From NCBI GenBank assembly GCA_963778115.1, contig CAVZSV010000004.1, positions 2,624,001-2,688,000 on the forward strand: a stretch of DNA of 64,000 nt, written 5' to 3'. The notes beneath the pieces were generated by a model that searched no databases, had not been told where the DNA came from, and saw nothing but the letters and a program-made list of their open reading frames with translations. This DNA is from an uncultured delta proteobacterium. Its GTDB lineage: Bacteria; Bdellovibrionota; FAC87; UBA2466. The position numbers and the translations under genes are program-made. Below are positions 48,179 to 58,519 of this stretch, piece by piece (the first letter of the stretch is position 1; every line of letters begins with the position of its first letter).

Positions 48179-48916
48179 CTATTCCAAAAACTCCACCTCG
48201 CCGGTTTCGACATGATAGATCGCTCCCACCACTTTAAGCGTACCGTCTTTCACCCTAGGGGCCAAAATCGGATCCAGGTTTTTCAGAATTTCGACTTGCA
48301 GAAAAATATTCTCTTTTACGGCGTTATCCAGAATATCGCCGGGCATTTTTCGAGCGGCTTTTACCGCTGGTTTAATCGAATCCACGAGGAATTTCATATG
48401 CCCTTCCGGGATCTCTTCGCTTGCCGCTGCGGCAACTGCCCCGCATTTCGTATGGCCCAGAACTACTACCAAAGTGGCTCCCAAAATCTTAACGGCAAAT
48501 TCGATACTGCCCCAGGAAGCTTGGGTACCGACTTGGCCCGCGGTTCTCACCACGAAAAGGTCGCCTAGGCCCTGATCGAACACAATTTCATTGGCCACTC
48601 GGGAATCCGAGCACCCTACGACAACGGCAAAAGGATTTTGTCCATTGGCGACCTCCCTAATTCGTTTCAAATCTCGGTTGGGGGAGGTGGGTTTTCCTTC
48701 TACAAATCGTTTATTTCCTCGTTTTAAAGATTTAATGGCATCATGCTGGGAAGCCTGCGCCCAAGCCAGGGGGGATACGATCGATCGTCTTTCGGGGACT
48801 ATAGTAAGCAGTTCCATTTCGTTCCTCTTCCTCCCTCTTCCTCCCTGAACATTCCTTCTATGGTACGGAAGGGCGGGTATTATCGTAAATAACATAAATG
48901 TTACGTAGATGTTCAC
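48179..48916 (-). CDS. Beta-class carbonic anhydrase (start uncertain)
   Basis: 'GCSDSRV', 'LGHTKCGAV'. Confidence 0.92.
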   Translation of the reverse strand: MNIYVTFMLFTIIPALPYHRRNVQGGRGRKRNEMELLTIVPERRSIVSPLAWAQASQHDAIKSLKRGNKRFVEGKPTSPNRDLKRIREVANGQNPFAVVVGCSDSRVANEIVFDQGLGDLFVVRTAGQVGTQASWGSIEFAVKILGATLVVVLGHTKCGAVAAAASEEIPEGHMKFLVDSIKPAVKAARKMPGDILDNAVKENIFLQVEILKNLDPILAPRVKDGTLKVVGAIYHVETGEVEFLE

Positions 48917-49003
48917 TTTTATAACGCGATTTTCCGCTGAACAGTTAATTGATTTCTTGGGTGACGTGGCGTGACATGTTCCCGTGGGATGCGGTTCTTC
49001 AGC

Positions 49004-50164
49004 TCAGTCCCCCAGAAAGAACTCTAGGATCTTAGGCTTCATCGCACGGGCATCACGCTTGCCTAATTCCATCAGTTTTCCTGTGTAGGCGCTATCGAAG
49101 GCGAGATAGCTCAGTAAGTCCCATCCTTTTTCCTTTGAGGCACCTAATCCGGACAGCATGAATCTTAGAAGCCTAGGGAGGTGGTCGAATTGTCCTGAAG
49201 CTAGGGCCCCCAAGTCCTCGCTGGGTCGAATCACCATAAGGGGAACTTCTCTTAACCCGTTGGGATGGTTTTGCCTTAATTCGGCGGGCATCATCTGTAT
49301 CGTTTGATTTATCCGATTCATGCGTTCCATGTCGGATTCCAGCATTTCAAAAAAAGTCCCGTTCAATACCACACCGGCTATATCAGCCATCGTGATCGAT
49401 TTCATGTTTGCTTGGGCATTTAATTCTTCTACTAGTTGGTGGTTACGGTAATAACGGATTCCAATCGCAAAAATTTTATCCGCTCCCATGTGAATGGCAG
49501 GACTCAAAGGGGAAGCCATCCGGATACTCCCATCACCGTAGTACGTGGTACCTATCTTAACAGGAGGAAAGAGGATCGGAATCGCAGCAGAGGCTAGGAC
49601 GTGTTCTAAAGCAATTTTTTCACGAACTCCTAATCGATTGCTTCGCGTCCAAGTGGGTATCGACGGATTTCCATCGAAGAATGTGATAGCAGTTCCCGTA
49701 GCATAACTGGTTGCTGACACACCAAACCCATCCAAATAGCCGGTGCGAATATTATCGTAAATTCGTTCGAAGGAGAGCTGCTCCTTTAGAAACTCTTCTA
49801 AAGGGTCAACGTTGAGTAAGTGGGTGGATTGCACGTTACCTAGCATCCCCCCAAAGCTTAGATCTCGTAGCCATCCCGAGCTCAACCGACCAATAGCGCC
49901 AACGCGGGTGTCCAAAATTCGGGAAGCTTTAAGCTGGTTCCATAGGGTGCATAGCTTTTCTACCGTGGAAGTAAATTCATGAACGCCAGAGGCGATCATA
50001 GCTCCGTTTATCGCTCCTGCCGAAAGACCAGAGATGATCTGGAAAGGGTGTTCAGCAATGGATGGGGCAGCGCTATGCAAGATCTCCGAAATCCCCTTAA
50101 GGACTCCTGCTTGGTAAGCCGCACGGGCCCCTCCCCCGGTGAGCACAAGGCCAATTTTTTTCAC
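49004..50164 (-). CDS. Patatin-like phospholipase
   Basis: 'GGGARAAY', 'GLSAG', 'DGS'. Confidence 0.92.
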   Translation of the reverse strand: MKKIGLVLTGGGARAAYQAGVLKGISEILHSAAPSIAEHPFQIISGLSAGAINGAMIASGVHEFTSTVEKLCTLWNQLKASRILDTRVGAIGRLSSGWLRDLSFGGMLGNVQSTHLLNVDPLEEFLKEQLSFERIYDNIRTGYLDGFGVSATSYATGTAITFFDGNPSIPTWTRSNRLGVREKIALEHVLASAAIPILFPPVKIGTTYYGDGSIRMASPLSPAIHMGADKIFAIGIRYYRNHQLVEELNAQANMKSITMADIAGVVLNGTFFEMLESDMERMNRINQTIQMMPAELRQNHPNGLREVPLMVIRPSEDLGALASGQFDHLPRLLRFMLSGLGASKEKGWDLLSYLAFDSAYTGKLMELGKRDARAMKPKILEFFLGD

Positions 50165-50318
50165 AATGCCTCCTGACTTTAGTATGCCTTAGGTTGTTGC
50201 GCCGGGCGATCACATCCCTGCCTCATCGGCGAATGTAATGTTAAATTCACTTTCCTGTAATCTTGCCCTGGCAATGTAAAGATGGAAACGGTCCTACGAG
50301 TAAAGACCGGAGGTAACT

Positions 50319-50660
50319 ATGAGAACGTTGTATTTTTCCGTTTCTTTGTTGCTACTGGGAACGACGGTTTGTTCGGCATTGCCAATAGTACAAGGGAGAG
50401 TCGGCACCCAGCTAAAGGAAACCCAGGCTGCTGCATTGGTGGAACATTTAGGTCCGCCCACGAAAGTGGTGTCTCTGCCCAACGGGGATGAGCAATACAT
50501 TTATGAAAAATCATCTAAGTACTATCCCGAGTCCTACGGTGGGTACGGGGTTGATACGCTAAATCCCAAGACAAGAATTTGTCGCTCCGTATGGCGGATC
50601 GATAAGAAAGGAAACGTCTATCCTCAAGCCTATAAAGCAATCCAGTGCGAATCGGTTTAG
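50319..50660 (+). CDS. Small exported hypothetical protein
   Basis: GGAGG RBS, signal peptide, 'LGPPT...YIY'. Confidence 0.6.
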   Translation: MRTLYFSVSLLLLGTTVCSALPIVQGRVGTQLKETQAAALVEHLGPPTKVVSLPNGDEQYIYEKSSKYYPESYGGYGVDTLNPKTRICRSVWRIDKKGNVYPQAYKAIQCESV

Positions 50661-51286
50661 GGTGTTTTTCCGTTCAATCGGAACTGCTGATTGGTAAACC
50701 CTCTGAGTAAGGGCGTCTGCATCACGATGAAATCATAGCCGGTGGCCTGATGGCATTGGTTGCATGAAACCGTCATTCCCGCGTAAGCCCTTTCATAAAG
50801 ACCGTGATCCTTCTTTTGAATAGCTTCACTCATCTTATCGATGGCGGGTTTCATTATTTTAGCATTCAGCTCTTCTAGCGGGGCTTTTACCTGCGCATAG
50901 CGAGAGCTATATCGATTCATGGTTTCGAGCGCTCCTTTGATATTATCGATTTCGTATTGAGCGAGTCTCCAGTTCTGCGCCTCCCCTGAAAACCAAAGCT
51001 TGGCGTGAAGCTGCTGAATGGTTGTCATAATAACAACCAAAGGCGGCCCTATATGAGAGACCTTCGCTTCTAGAGCCTCTAGCCGCGGCATGAGATCAGG
51101 ATTCGTCGCCTTTTCGGTGGTGCGTGTACATCCCGTAAATAACAAACCGACCAAGAACAGAAGTTTGACCATCTTAGCCTTCCTTTGAAGCCAAAAACTC
51201 ATCTGAAGCGCTTTAAAGTGCAAGCTTAACGCCCCATCATGACAGGACGATGACAGGAGAATTACAATTAGCAATAAGAAGTTCAA
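50657..51286 (-). CDS. Putative c-type cytochrome lipoprotein (helical bundle; true start probably 'MVKLL')
   Basis: Lipobox-like 'FTGC'; C-terminal 'CNQCH'. Confidence 0.7.
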   Translation of the reverse strand: MNFLLLIVILLSSSCHDGALSLHFKALQMSFWLQRKAKMVKLLFLVGLLFTGCTRTTEKATNPDLMPRLEALEAKVSHIGPPLVVIMTTIQQLHAKLWFSGEAQNWRLAQYEIDNIKGALETMNRYSSRYAQVKAPLEELNAKIMKPAIDKMSEAIQKKDHGLYERAYAGMTVSCNQCHQATGYDFIVMQTPLLRGFTNQQFRLNGKTP

Positions 51287-51478
51287 TCAGATTGGGCAGA
51301 CTGGGCAGACTGGGGGGCTTCGTTTTCACCGGCAGCTAAAGGCGACAATAATTCGATGCGTTTTTTGATTCCCCTTAGTAGAGTAGCGTACAGCTGAGTT
51401 TTTCTTGGGGGAAATGGGTCGATGGGTTCATTCGCTGCGCTGGCGGCCGGGTTGTTAAGAAATAGGAAAAAACGCGTC

Positions 51479-52390
51479 ATGGGCCGATACGCGGCCCTTC
51501 TTCTCTTAGGCGCTTTTCTTCCCCAAATCAGTTGGGGCTGTGCTTGCGGGTGCGGTCTTTTCGATGTGGGAACGGGCGCTATGTTTCCCACCTCAGGCGG
51601 CACCACCGTCTCGCTTGAATACGATTTCATGGATCAGAACCAGAATCGAAACCTCTCTTCCACGGCCGATCCGTCTTTTAATCCCGACAAAGAAATTAAA
51701 ACCAGCTTTCTTACTGTAAGCGGACAGTACCAATTTAACCGAACCTGGGGAATCCAGGCCTCCATCCCTTATTGGTCGCGGACGTTTACTACTACCGATA
51801 CGTCAGGGAACGTCCAGACCTACAATCACTCAGCGCTGGGAGACATTCGGCTGAAGGGAACCTATACGGGCTTCTCGGAGGATATGACTACGGGATTTAT
51901 CTATGGGGTCAAACTCCCGACTGGAGATTCGAGCTATCCCAATTTTGATGCCGACACCGAGATTGGAACCGGCAGTACCGATCTATTACTGGGTTTCTAC
52001 CATCAGGGAAAGTTTAATGACGAAGGCACCTGGGCTTGGTTTGCCCAGCTCAATCTGGATCAACCTATCTTCACCAAACCGGGCTACCTCCCCGGAAATG
52101 AAATTGACGCTTCGTTCGGAGCTTACTTCAAGGGCCTCACTTTCGAGAATGGAAATAGGATAGTACCGATCCTCCAATTACTCGCCGTCGCGCGCTCCTC
52201 CGATAGTGGGAGTCAAGCTGATCCCGCCGATTCGGGATACAAAAGACTGCTCATCGCTCCCGGAGTAGAAACGGGTTTAGGTGACTTTCGAATTTACGCG
52301 GAAGTCCAGCTTCCGTTTTATGAGTTCTTCAATGGATATCAATTGTCAGCCCCGGCGCTTTTCAAAGTGGCAACGAGATATAGCTTTTAA
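51479..52390 (+). CDS. Outer-membrane beta-barrel protein with N-terminal CACGC motif
   Basis: Signal peptide, 'LGDIRL', 'GVKLPTG', 'GTGSTD', C-terminal YSF. Confidence 0.7.
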   Translation: MGRYAALLLLGAFLPQISWGCACGCGLFDVGTGAMFPTSGGTTVSLEYDFMDQNQNRNLSSTADPSFNPDKEIKTSFLTVSGQYQFNRTWGIQASIPYWSRTFTTTDTSGNVQTYNHSALGDIRLKGTYTGFSEDMTTGFIYGVKLPTGDSSYPNFDADTEIGTGSTDLLLGFYHQGKFNDEGTWAWFAQLNLDQPIFTKPGYLPGNEIDASFGAYFKGLTFENGNRIVPILQLLAVARSSDSGSQADPADSGYKRLLIAPGVETGLGDFRIYAEVQLPFYEFFNGYQLSAPALFKVATRYSF

Positions 52391-52411
52391 CGTGAGGTTA
52401 AATTCATTCGA

Positions 52412-52927
52412 ATGACTGACTATCGCAAGATCTTTCTCTTATTCGGGGTACTAACTATTCTGGTGAGCTCCCCCGCGTCCGCCTATCTAAATACCGGTGA
52501 CCCGGCACCTTCACTGATCGTGACGACTTTAACCGGGGAGGAGTTCAGCCTCGAAAAGCAAAAGGGGAAGGTGACCGTAGTTCATTTCGGGGCTACGTGG
52601 TGCGAAAGTTGCTTAGACGAAATGAAAGTACTCAATAAGTTCTACTCGGACTACCACTCACAAGGAGTGGAAACGATAGCCCTGTTCCTCGATCAGAAAC
52701 GAGAAAGGGGCGAGGTCGTAAAATTGACCAAAACCTTCAATATCCCGATGGCGGTGTCCTACGAAGCAAAAAAGAATGGCTTTGGTGCGATCGGCTCGCT
52801 TCCGCTTACCTACATTGTCGATGCGGAAGGGGTTGTAAGGGATCGCTTCATGAATGGAAAGATAGTCAGTGAGGCTAGTTTATTAGATTCATTTAAAGCG
52901 TGCTCCAGTAAGTCGGTAGGAAAATAG
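52412..52927 (+). CDS. TlpA/redoxin family thiol-disulfide oxidoreductase
   Basis: 'ATWCESC', 'LPLTYIVD'. Confidence 0.88.
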   Translation: MTDYRKIFLLFGVLTILVSSPASAYLNTGDPAPSLIVTTLTGEEFSLEKQKGKVTVVHFGATWCESCLDEMKVLNKFYSDYHSQGVETIALFLDQKRERGEVVKLTKTFNIPMAVSYEAKKNGFGAIGSLPLTYIVDAEGVVRDRFMNGKIVSEASLLDSFKACSSKSVGK

Positions 52928-52968
52928 ACACCAAATCGAAAATCTGCGCCTAGCGTTAGTTGATCAAA

Positions 52969-52997
52969 TTGACAGTTGAAGTAGTAACCCGTACTTT
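52969..52997 (+). promoter_or_regulatory. Sigma70 promoter for the riboswitch-nrdAB transcript
   Basis: TTGACA-17-TACTTT. Confidence 0.7.
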
Positions 52998-53004
52998 AAA
53001 AAAC

Positions 53005-53120
53005 CTAGCGAGTAATGCTGAAGTGACGGCTGAAGTCCGGTGAAAGTCCGGCGCTGACCCGCAACGGTGAGCGGACTCTCTTTGAGTTCCGTAAGTCCGA
53101 TCGCATCACTTCACGGCAAG
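53005..53120 (+). ncRNA. Cobalamin riboswitch
   Basis: GAAGTCCGGTGAAAGTCCGGCGCTGACCCGCAACGGT core, AAGTCCGA B12-box-like element, TGAAGTGA/TCACTTCA closing stem. Confidence 0.85.
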
Positions 53121-53245
53121 CCAGTGGTTGTCCTGCTCTTCGCGGTTTTGGGAGCGACGACGTCAATTTAATCGACGTTCGCCATTTCCCAATTCTCCGA
53201 AGGGGAATTTTAAAATGTGGGTAATGTTTCGGGGGAACGAGAGTC

Positions 53246-55579
53246 ATGCAGGTCATTAAAAGAGACGGAACTAAAGAACCCGTTAAAATAGAAAAAATTC
53301 TCCATGCGGTTAACAAGGCGTGTCGAGGATTGCCGAATGTCGAGGCAATCGAGGTCGCCAAACGAACCATCAGTGGCTTACATGATGGAAGCCGCACCGA
53401 AGAATTGGATGACCTGTCGATCTCCACCGCTGTGATGTTGATGGGAGACGAACCGAATTACTCTAAGGTGGCAGCGAGGATGCTTTCGGAAAGCATCCGA
53501 AAGGAAGTTGGGCGAGATGTGGTTTTTCGGGACTATATCCAAAATGCCGCCGAACTTGGACTACTCAGCTCAAACGTGCTGGAGCTGGCCTCACAAGACT
53601 ATACGGCCATGGAATACGCCATTCGACACGAGCGTGATGATCTTTTTGATTACTTTGGATTGAAAACGATCGCGGACCGTTATTTACTGCGTCATCCCCA
53701 GACTAGAAAGTTGATAGAGCGACCGCAATGGCTTTTCATGCGAGTGGCACTCGGCTTGTCGAAAAATATCGCTGAAACTTTGGAGCTATATGAGATCGTA
53801 AGCGAGTTTTATTACACTCCAGCCACTCCCACGCTGTTTAACTCAGGTACCCAACATCCTCAAATGAGCTCCTGTTACTTGCTCACTGTCGCCCAGGACA
53901 GCTTAGACGGAATCTATAAATCCATCGCCGACTGTGCAAAACTTTCTAAGTTTTCGGGAGGAATCGGCATCGACTGGACTCCCGTTCGTTCTTCGGGCTC
54001 TCTTATCAAGGGCACCAATGGATTGAGTAACGGCATTATTCCTTTTCTTAAGGTATTTGATTCCTCGGTCCATGCGGTAAATCAGGGCGGAAAGCGAAAA
54101 GGGGCGGCCGCCATCTATCTCGAACCCTGGCATGCGGACATCGAACAGTTTTTGGAGCTTCGAAACAATACCGGCGCTGATGAAAGACGCACCCATCACC
54201 TGAATTTGGCACTTTGGATCCCTGATCTATTCATGAAACGAGTAGAGGCTGACTCCCATTGGTCGCTATTTTCCCCCAAAGACACGCCTGAACTTTTAGA
54301 AACCTTTGGAGAGGAATTTGAAAAACACTACGAAAACTACGAACGAGAGGGCAAAGCGCATAAACAGATCCCAGCCAGAGCGTTATACGCGCGAATGTTA
54401 CAAACCCTAGCGGAGACGGGAAACGGTTGGATCTGTTTTAAAGACAAAGCCAATCTGCGATCGGCACAAACTGGCCAGCCTGGAAATGTAATCCACAGCT
54501 CAAACCTGTGCACTGAGATTCTCGAAGTGACCTCTGGCGATCAGACTGCGGTCTGCAATCTAGGGAGTATTAACCTTTCCTCTTTTGTGATCCCTGATAA
54601 GGGAATCGATTTCGATCGCTTGATGAAGGTCACGGCGAGCGCCGTTAAGTTCTTGGATCGCGTCGTCGATCTGAACTTCTACCCTACCAAAGAGGCCGAA
54701 GCTTCGAATCGCCAATGGCGTCCGGTGGGTTTGGGTATCATGGGCTTGCAAGACGTATTTTTTAAGTTGAGGATGCCCTTCACCAGTCCTGAGGCGAAGA
54801 TACTTTCTTCCAAGATCTCTGAAACCATTTACTATCAGGCGGTAAAGACCAGTATTGAACTGGCACAAACGCACGGCTCGTTTCCCAATTTCAAAGACTC
54901 GCGATACGCTTCGGGAGGGTTGCAGGTTCAGCTCGCAAAAGAAACGCAGTCTTTGCATCCGGAAACTCATTTTGATTGGGACCGTCTGGCTGACGAGGTA
55001 AAACAAAAGGGGATTCGTAATAGCCTTCTTATTGCTATCGCTCCGACGGCGACTATTGCTTCTATTATGGGGAGCTTTGAGAGTATTGAGCCCCAGGTGG
55101 CAAATGTATTTAAGCGAGAAACGCTTAGTGGTGAGTTTCTCCAAGTGAACCGCTATTTAATCGAAGATTTAAAGCGGTGCGGCCTTTGGAATGCTGAAAT
55201 GCGTTCGAAGATTATTGCGGCTGATGGCTCTATCCAAGAGATCACCGAAATTCCCGTTGAGGTCAGGGAACTTTATAAGACTGCTTGGGAAATGTCTCAA
55301 AAGGATCTTATCGACATGGCCGTTTTGCGTTCTAAATTTATCTGCCAGTCTCAATCGCTCAACCTGTTCATGGAAAATCCAAATACTGGAAAACTATCCT
55401 CCATGTATATGTACGCCTGGAAGCAAGGGGTAAAGACGACGTACTATCTGCGTTCTCGAGCGCGCACGGGCATTAAGAAAACCACGGTAATGGATGCCGC
55501 TCCGGCCAGTGCGGTGAGCGAAACAGCGGCGGTAAGCTGTTCTCTGGAAAATCCGGAGACATGTGAGTCGTGCCAGTAA
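53246..55579 (+). CDS. nrdA: Ribonucleotide reductase class I alpha subunit with ATP cone
   Basis: 'VIKRDG', 'ATPTLFNSG', 'SSCYL', 'SNLCTEI', 'APTAT', 'KTTYYLR', C-terminal CESC. Confidence 0.96.
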   Translation: MQVIKRDGTKEPVKIEKILHAVNKACRGLPNVEAIEVAKRTISGLHDGSRTEELDDLSISTAVMLMGDEPNYSKVAARMLSESIRKEVGRDVVFRDYIQNAAELGLLSSNVLELASQDYTAMEYAIRHERDDLFDYFGLKTIADRYLLRHPQTRKLIERPQWLFMRVALGLSKNIAETLELYEIVSEFYYTPATPTLFNSGTQHPQMSSCYLLTVAQDSLDGIYKSIADCAKLSKFSGGIGIDWTPVRSSGSLIKGTNGLSNGIIPFLKVFDSSVHAVNQGGKRKGAAAIYLEPWHADIEQFLELRNNTGADERRTHHLNLALWIPDLFMKRVEADSHWSLFSPKDTPELLETFGEEFEKHYENYEREGKAHKQIPARALYARMLQTLAETGNGWICFKDKANLRSAQTGQPGNVIHSSNLCTEILEVTSGDQTAVCNLGSINLSSFVIPDKGIDFDRLMKVTASAVKFLDRVVDLNFYPTKEAEASNRQWRPVGLGIMGLQDVFFKLRMPFTSPEAKILSSKISETIYYQAVKTSIELAQTHGSFPNFKDSRYASGGLQVQLAKETQSLHPETHFDWDRLADEVKQKGIRNSLLIAIAPTATIASIMGSFESIEPQVANVFKRETLSGEFLQVNRYLIEDLKRCGLWNAEMRSKIIAADGSIQEITEIPVEVRELYKTAWEMSQKDLIDMAVLRSKFICQSQSLNLFMENPNTGKLSSMYMYAWKQGVKTTYYLRSRARTGIKKTTVMDAAPASAVSETAAVSCSLENPETCESCQ

Positions 55580-55623
55580 ATTCAGCCAATCATTAGCAAT
55601 CATTTTAGGAGAAATACTTCATC

Positions 55624-56631
55624 ATGTTACTCAATCCAGAACTCGATCTTACTTTGCGTCCGATGAAATATCCGCAATTTTTCCAGTTGTACAAAGATTC
55701 GTTGAAGAACATTTGGACGACGGAGGAGATAGACTTCTCGGTCGATTTTGAGCATCTCCGGGATAAGATAACCCCTCAAGAGGGACATCTCATTCGCCGA
55801 TTAGTGGCTTTCTTTGCTACGGCGGATAATTTAGTGGCGCACAACCTTGTGCTTAATTTTTATAAGCACATTAATTCTCCAGAATTTAGAATGTTTCTCG
55901 GAAAACAGCTGTTCGATGAGATGCTTCATGTCGAGACTTATCTCTTACTGGTGGATAATTACATTCCCGATGCCGAAGAAAGGCGAGAAGCCTTTTCCGC
56001 TTATCAGACCATTCCTTCCATTAAGCGGAAAGCCGATTTCTGTTTCAAATATATGGATTCGATCGACAAAATCGATGCGCTTGATAGCGATGACAAGCGC
56101 GGCCAGTTTGTCGAAAATCTAATCTGTTTTGCAGCCTGTATCGAAGGTCTTTTCTTTTTTGGCTCCTTCGCATACGTCTATTTTCTTAGAAATCGCGGAC
56201 TACTCCCGGGACTTGCTACCGCAACCAATTGGATATTTCGAGATGAAAGTATGCATATCGATGCTGCCATGATGGCACTTGCTTCGATTCGTACCGAGTA
56301 TCCTCAGATCTTCGATGAGCGATTGGAAGCCAGGACAAACCTAATGATAGAGGAAGCGGTCGAAGTGGAAATGGAGTTTTGCCGGGACAGCTTGTCTCAG
56401 GGGGTTACCGGCTTATCTCCAGCTCAAATGCACGACTATCTTAAATATGTCGCCGATCAGCGGCTGACTCAACTTGGATTCAAAAAGAAGTATTTCACCA
56501 AGAATCCATTTCCTTTCATGGTGCTGCAAGACGTTCAACCTCTAACCAACTTTTTCGAGAAGCGGGTTACCGAATATTCCAAAGGAATGACATCCAATCG
56601 CAGTTCCATAAGTTTTACGGACGCTTTCTAG
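55624..56631 (+). CDS. nrdB: Ribonucleotide reductase class I beta subunit
   Basis: 'FFATAD', 'DEMLHVETY', 'IEGLFF', 'RDESMH', 'NFFEKRVTEY'. Confidence 0.95.
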   Translation: MLLNPELDLTLRPMKYPQFFQLYKDSLKNIWTTEEIDFSVDFEHLRDKITPQEGHLIRRLVAFFATADNLVAHNLVLNFYKHINSPEFRMFLGKQLFDEMLHVETYLLLVDNYIPDAEERREAFSAYQTIPSIKRKADFCFKYMDSIDKIDALDSDDKRGQFVENLICFAACIEGLFFFGSFAYVYFLRNRGLLPGLATATNWIFRDESMHIDAAMMALASIRTEYPQIFDERLEARTNLMIEEAVEVEMEFCRDSLSQGVTGLSPAQMHDYLKYVADQRLTQLGFKKKYFTKNPFPFMVLQDVQPLTNFFEKRVTEYSKGMTSNRSSISFTDAF

Positions 56632-56633
56632 AC

Positions 56634-57578
56634 ATGCGCAATTTACTACTGCCCGCTTTACTGCTTCTGGTTGTGGGACAAACGGGTAATGCCGATTCTC
56701 CCGTGGGACCTCTTCTTCGAATTCCCAATCAGATCCGTTATTGGGCGGACTCGGGATTTCATGAAATGGTTCCGCCGTTAAGAATTCCCACCGATAGAAC
56801 GTTAACAGATACGATTCAAGTTTGGCTTAAGCTCCCCGAAACGGGAAAGGTTTCAGTGAAGAAGATATTTGATTCTTCTCGCTATCGCTATACCCTGATC
56901 TATCCGCCGGGCACCATCGCTGATCGAGTTGAGTTTGATCAAGGCAGTTCGGAAGGGGTGGGGGATGTTCGGGGGGCCAGAATCGATGAATCAGGAGGCT
57001 CCTATTTTCACGTTTACGAAACCGCTCCGGAACACGATCCCCATTTTTTAGAAGGCTACGAATGGAAGCGGTCTACCGGTGCGGTCGATGTTGAAGCGGG
57101 TAAAGCCCTTGTGCATCTGTATTATCCCGGTGGAGAAAGTGCCGAGTCCAGAAGTTTTGCCAATCACAACCACTGCGCTAACTGCCATCAGCCCAATCTA
57201 CCTACTCCGATCGTGATGGCCCCTTCTTTTAACTATGAGTCGGATTCCAGGGGTTTTTTTCAGGAGATTACCGAGCTGGGCAACGGGATGACCGTCAGAA
57301 ATCACAGGGAATGGGATCTTAACGCCGACGATCCGTTCATTAAAGTAGGGTGTAACGGCGAGCCCGCTATGATCGTAACTACCACTACGAGTCGGGGATA
57401 CGAGTGTTCAAATAATGCCGTTCCGTTTGGAACCCTTGATCTAAAAGCAGCCCTTGCAGCAGAGGATCCGCATGCGTTAAAGGTGTGCGAGTCTCGAGGC
57501 TATCTCTTTGATCACATGGATGTTGCCAGCCAAAGCATTTTCGCGGAAGCCGCGGCAGAATGCACTCAAGGGCGATAG
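56634..57578 (+). CDS. Exported protein with a single CxxCH
   Basis: Signal peptide, 'CANCH'; starts 2 bp after the nrdB stop. Confidence 0.65.
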   Translation: MRNLLLPALLLLVVGQTGNADSPVGPLLRIPNQIRYWADSGFHEMVPPLRIPTDRTLTDTIQVWLKLPETGKVSVKKIFDSSRYRYTLIYPPGTIADRVEFDQGSSEGVGDVRGARIDESGGSYFHVYETAPEHDPHFLEGYEWKRSTGAVDVEAGKALVHLYYPGGESAESRSFANHNHCANCHQPNLPTPIVMAPSFNYESDSRGFFQEITELGNGMTVRNHREWDLNADDPFIKVGCNGEPAMIVTTTTSRGYECSNNAVPFGTLDLKAALAAEDPHALKVCESRGYLFDHMDVASQSIFAEAAAECTQGR

Positions 57579-58360
57579 GTGGGGTATCTTCCTATTTCAT
57601 AATGGGCAATCACTTCTCTCACGTCTTGGCCTGAGCTTGGGGTGAGCGCGCTCTTTAGTTCCGCCAAAAAATGTTCCCCTCGACTGTTAGGGGTCGGAAA
57701 AATTCCAAAGCTTTTTAGAGTACGACAGAAGTAAAGATAGCTCTGCGCCCATTCCTTTACGTCTAGGAGTAATCGTCCACCAGGTCCTGGCGGAGATCCA
57801 AATGATTCCGGAGGGAAAATTCCAAATTGATCTACCCAGTAAAGGGTAGGGCCGGGAGGTATCAAAACGAATGGGCCATTGGCGTGCGTGTTGCTATCCC
57901 AGGCGAAAGTAGAAAAGTTTTCTACTTGTCCGTGGATGATGAGGGGACGGGCAAATATATTGTCGCCTCTGGGATCCGCGAGGTCGTTTGCTTCTAGAGG
58001 GGACGCATATCTTTCGTAAGCATCTTCTCTGCCCATAAAGAGTTTCAGAGCTTGTACTGTCCCCTGAACGCGGCTAGCCGCCCATCCCCCACTCACCCCT
58101 CTTATATAGTGTTTTGCCCCCGATTTTGCTGCCAGAGGATTATCCACCCAAACGTAAGGCGCGTCCGAAACGAGTCGGGTAAGTGGCCATTCCAGTACCG
58201 GGAGAATTTTGCCCCGCACCGGGAAAAATAGGTCGTACATTCCGACCGATTCTAAAATTGCGGATAAACAGCCGGGTCTGTCACCGGCGATAGCAATGCA
58301 GGGAACGAGCGCCAGTAGCAAGAAGGCAAGTCGCGCGCATTTTACTTTTTTCACGAACAA
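57566..58360 (-). CDS. Exported hypothetical protein
   Basis: 264-aa ORF with signal-like N-terminus. Confidence 0.55.
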   Translation of the reverse strand: MFVKKVKCARLAFLLLALVPCIAIAGDRPGCLSAILESVGMYDLFFPVRGKILPVLEWPLTRLVSDAPYVWVDNPLAAKSGAKHYIRGVSGGWAASRVQGTVQALKLFMGREDAYERYASPLEANDLADPRGDNIFARPLIIHGQVENFSTFAWDSNTHANGPFVLIPPGPTLYWVDQFGIFPPESFGSPPGPGGRLLLDVKEWAQSYLYFCRTLKSFGIFPTPNSRGEHFLAELKSALTPSSGQDVREVIAHYEIGRYPTYRP

Positions 58361-58519
58361 TTTGAGAACCTCGGGCCCTGTTTTCAGAGGCGCAACTTAT
58401 AGCACAACCGAAGGGTGGTGCGGGATTCCTTGGATATTTATCACAACAGAAATGATCCCAATTCACTTTTTGATTCAATAGTTTGCACATGATAACTTTT
58501 CGATAGAAAAGCGAATTTC

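Noticed and set aside
53005..53427. 140-aa minus-strand ORF and similar antisense ORFs over long genes
   Set aside because: It overlaps the riboswitch and nrdA on the opposite strand with no motifs; treated as spurious.
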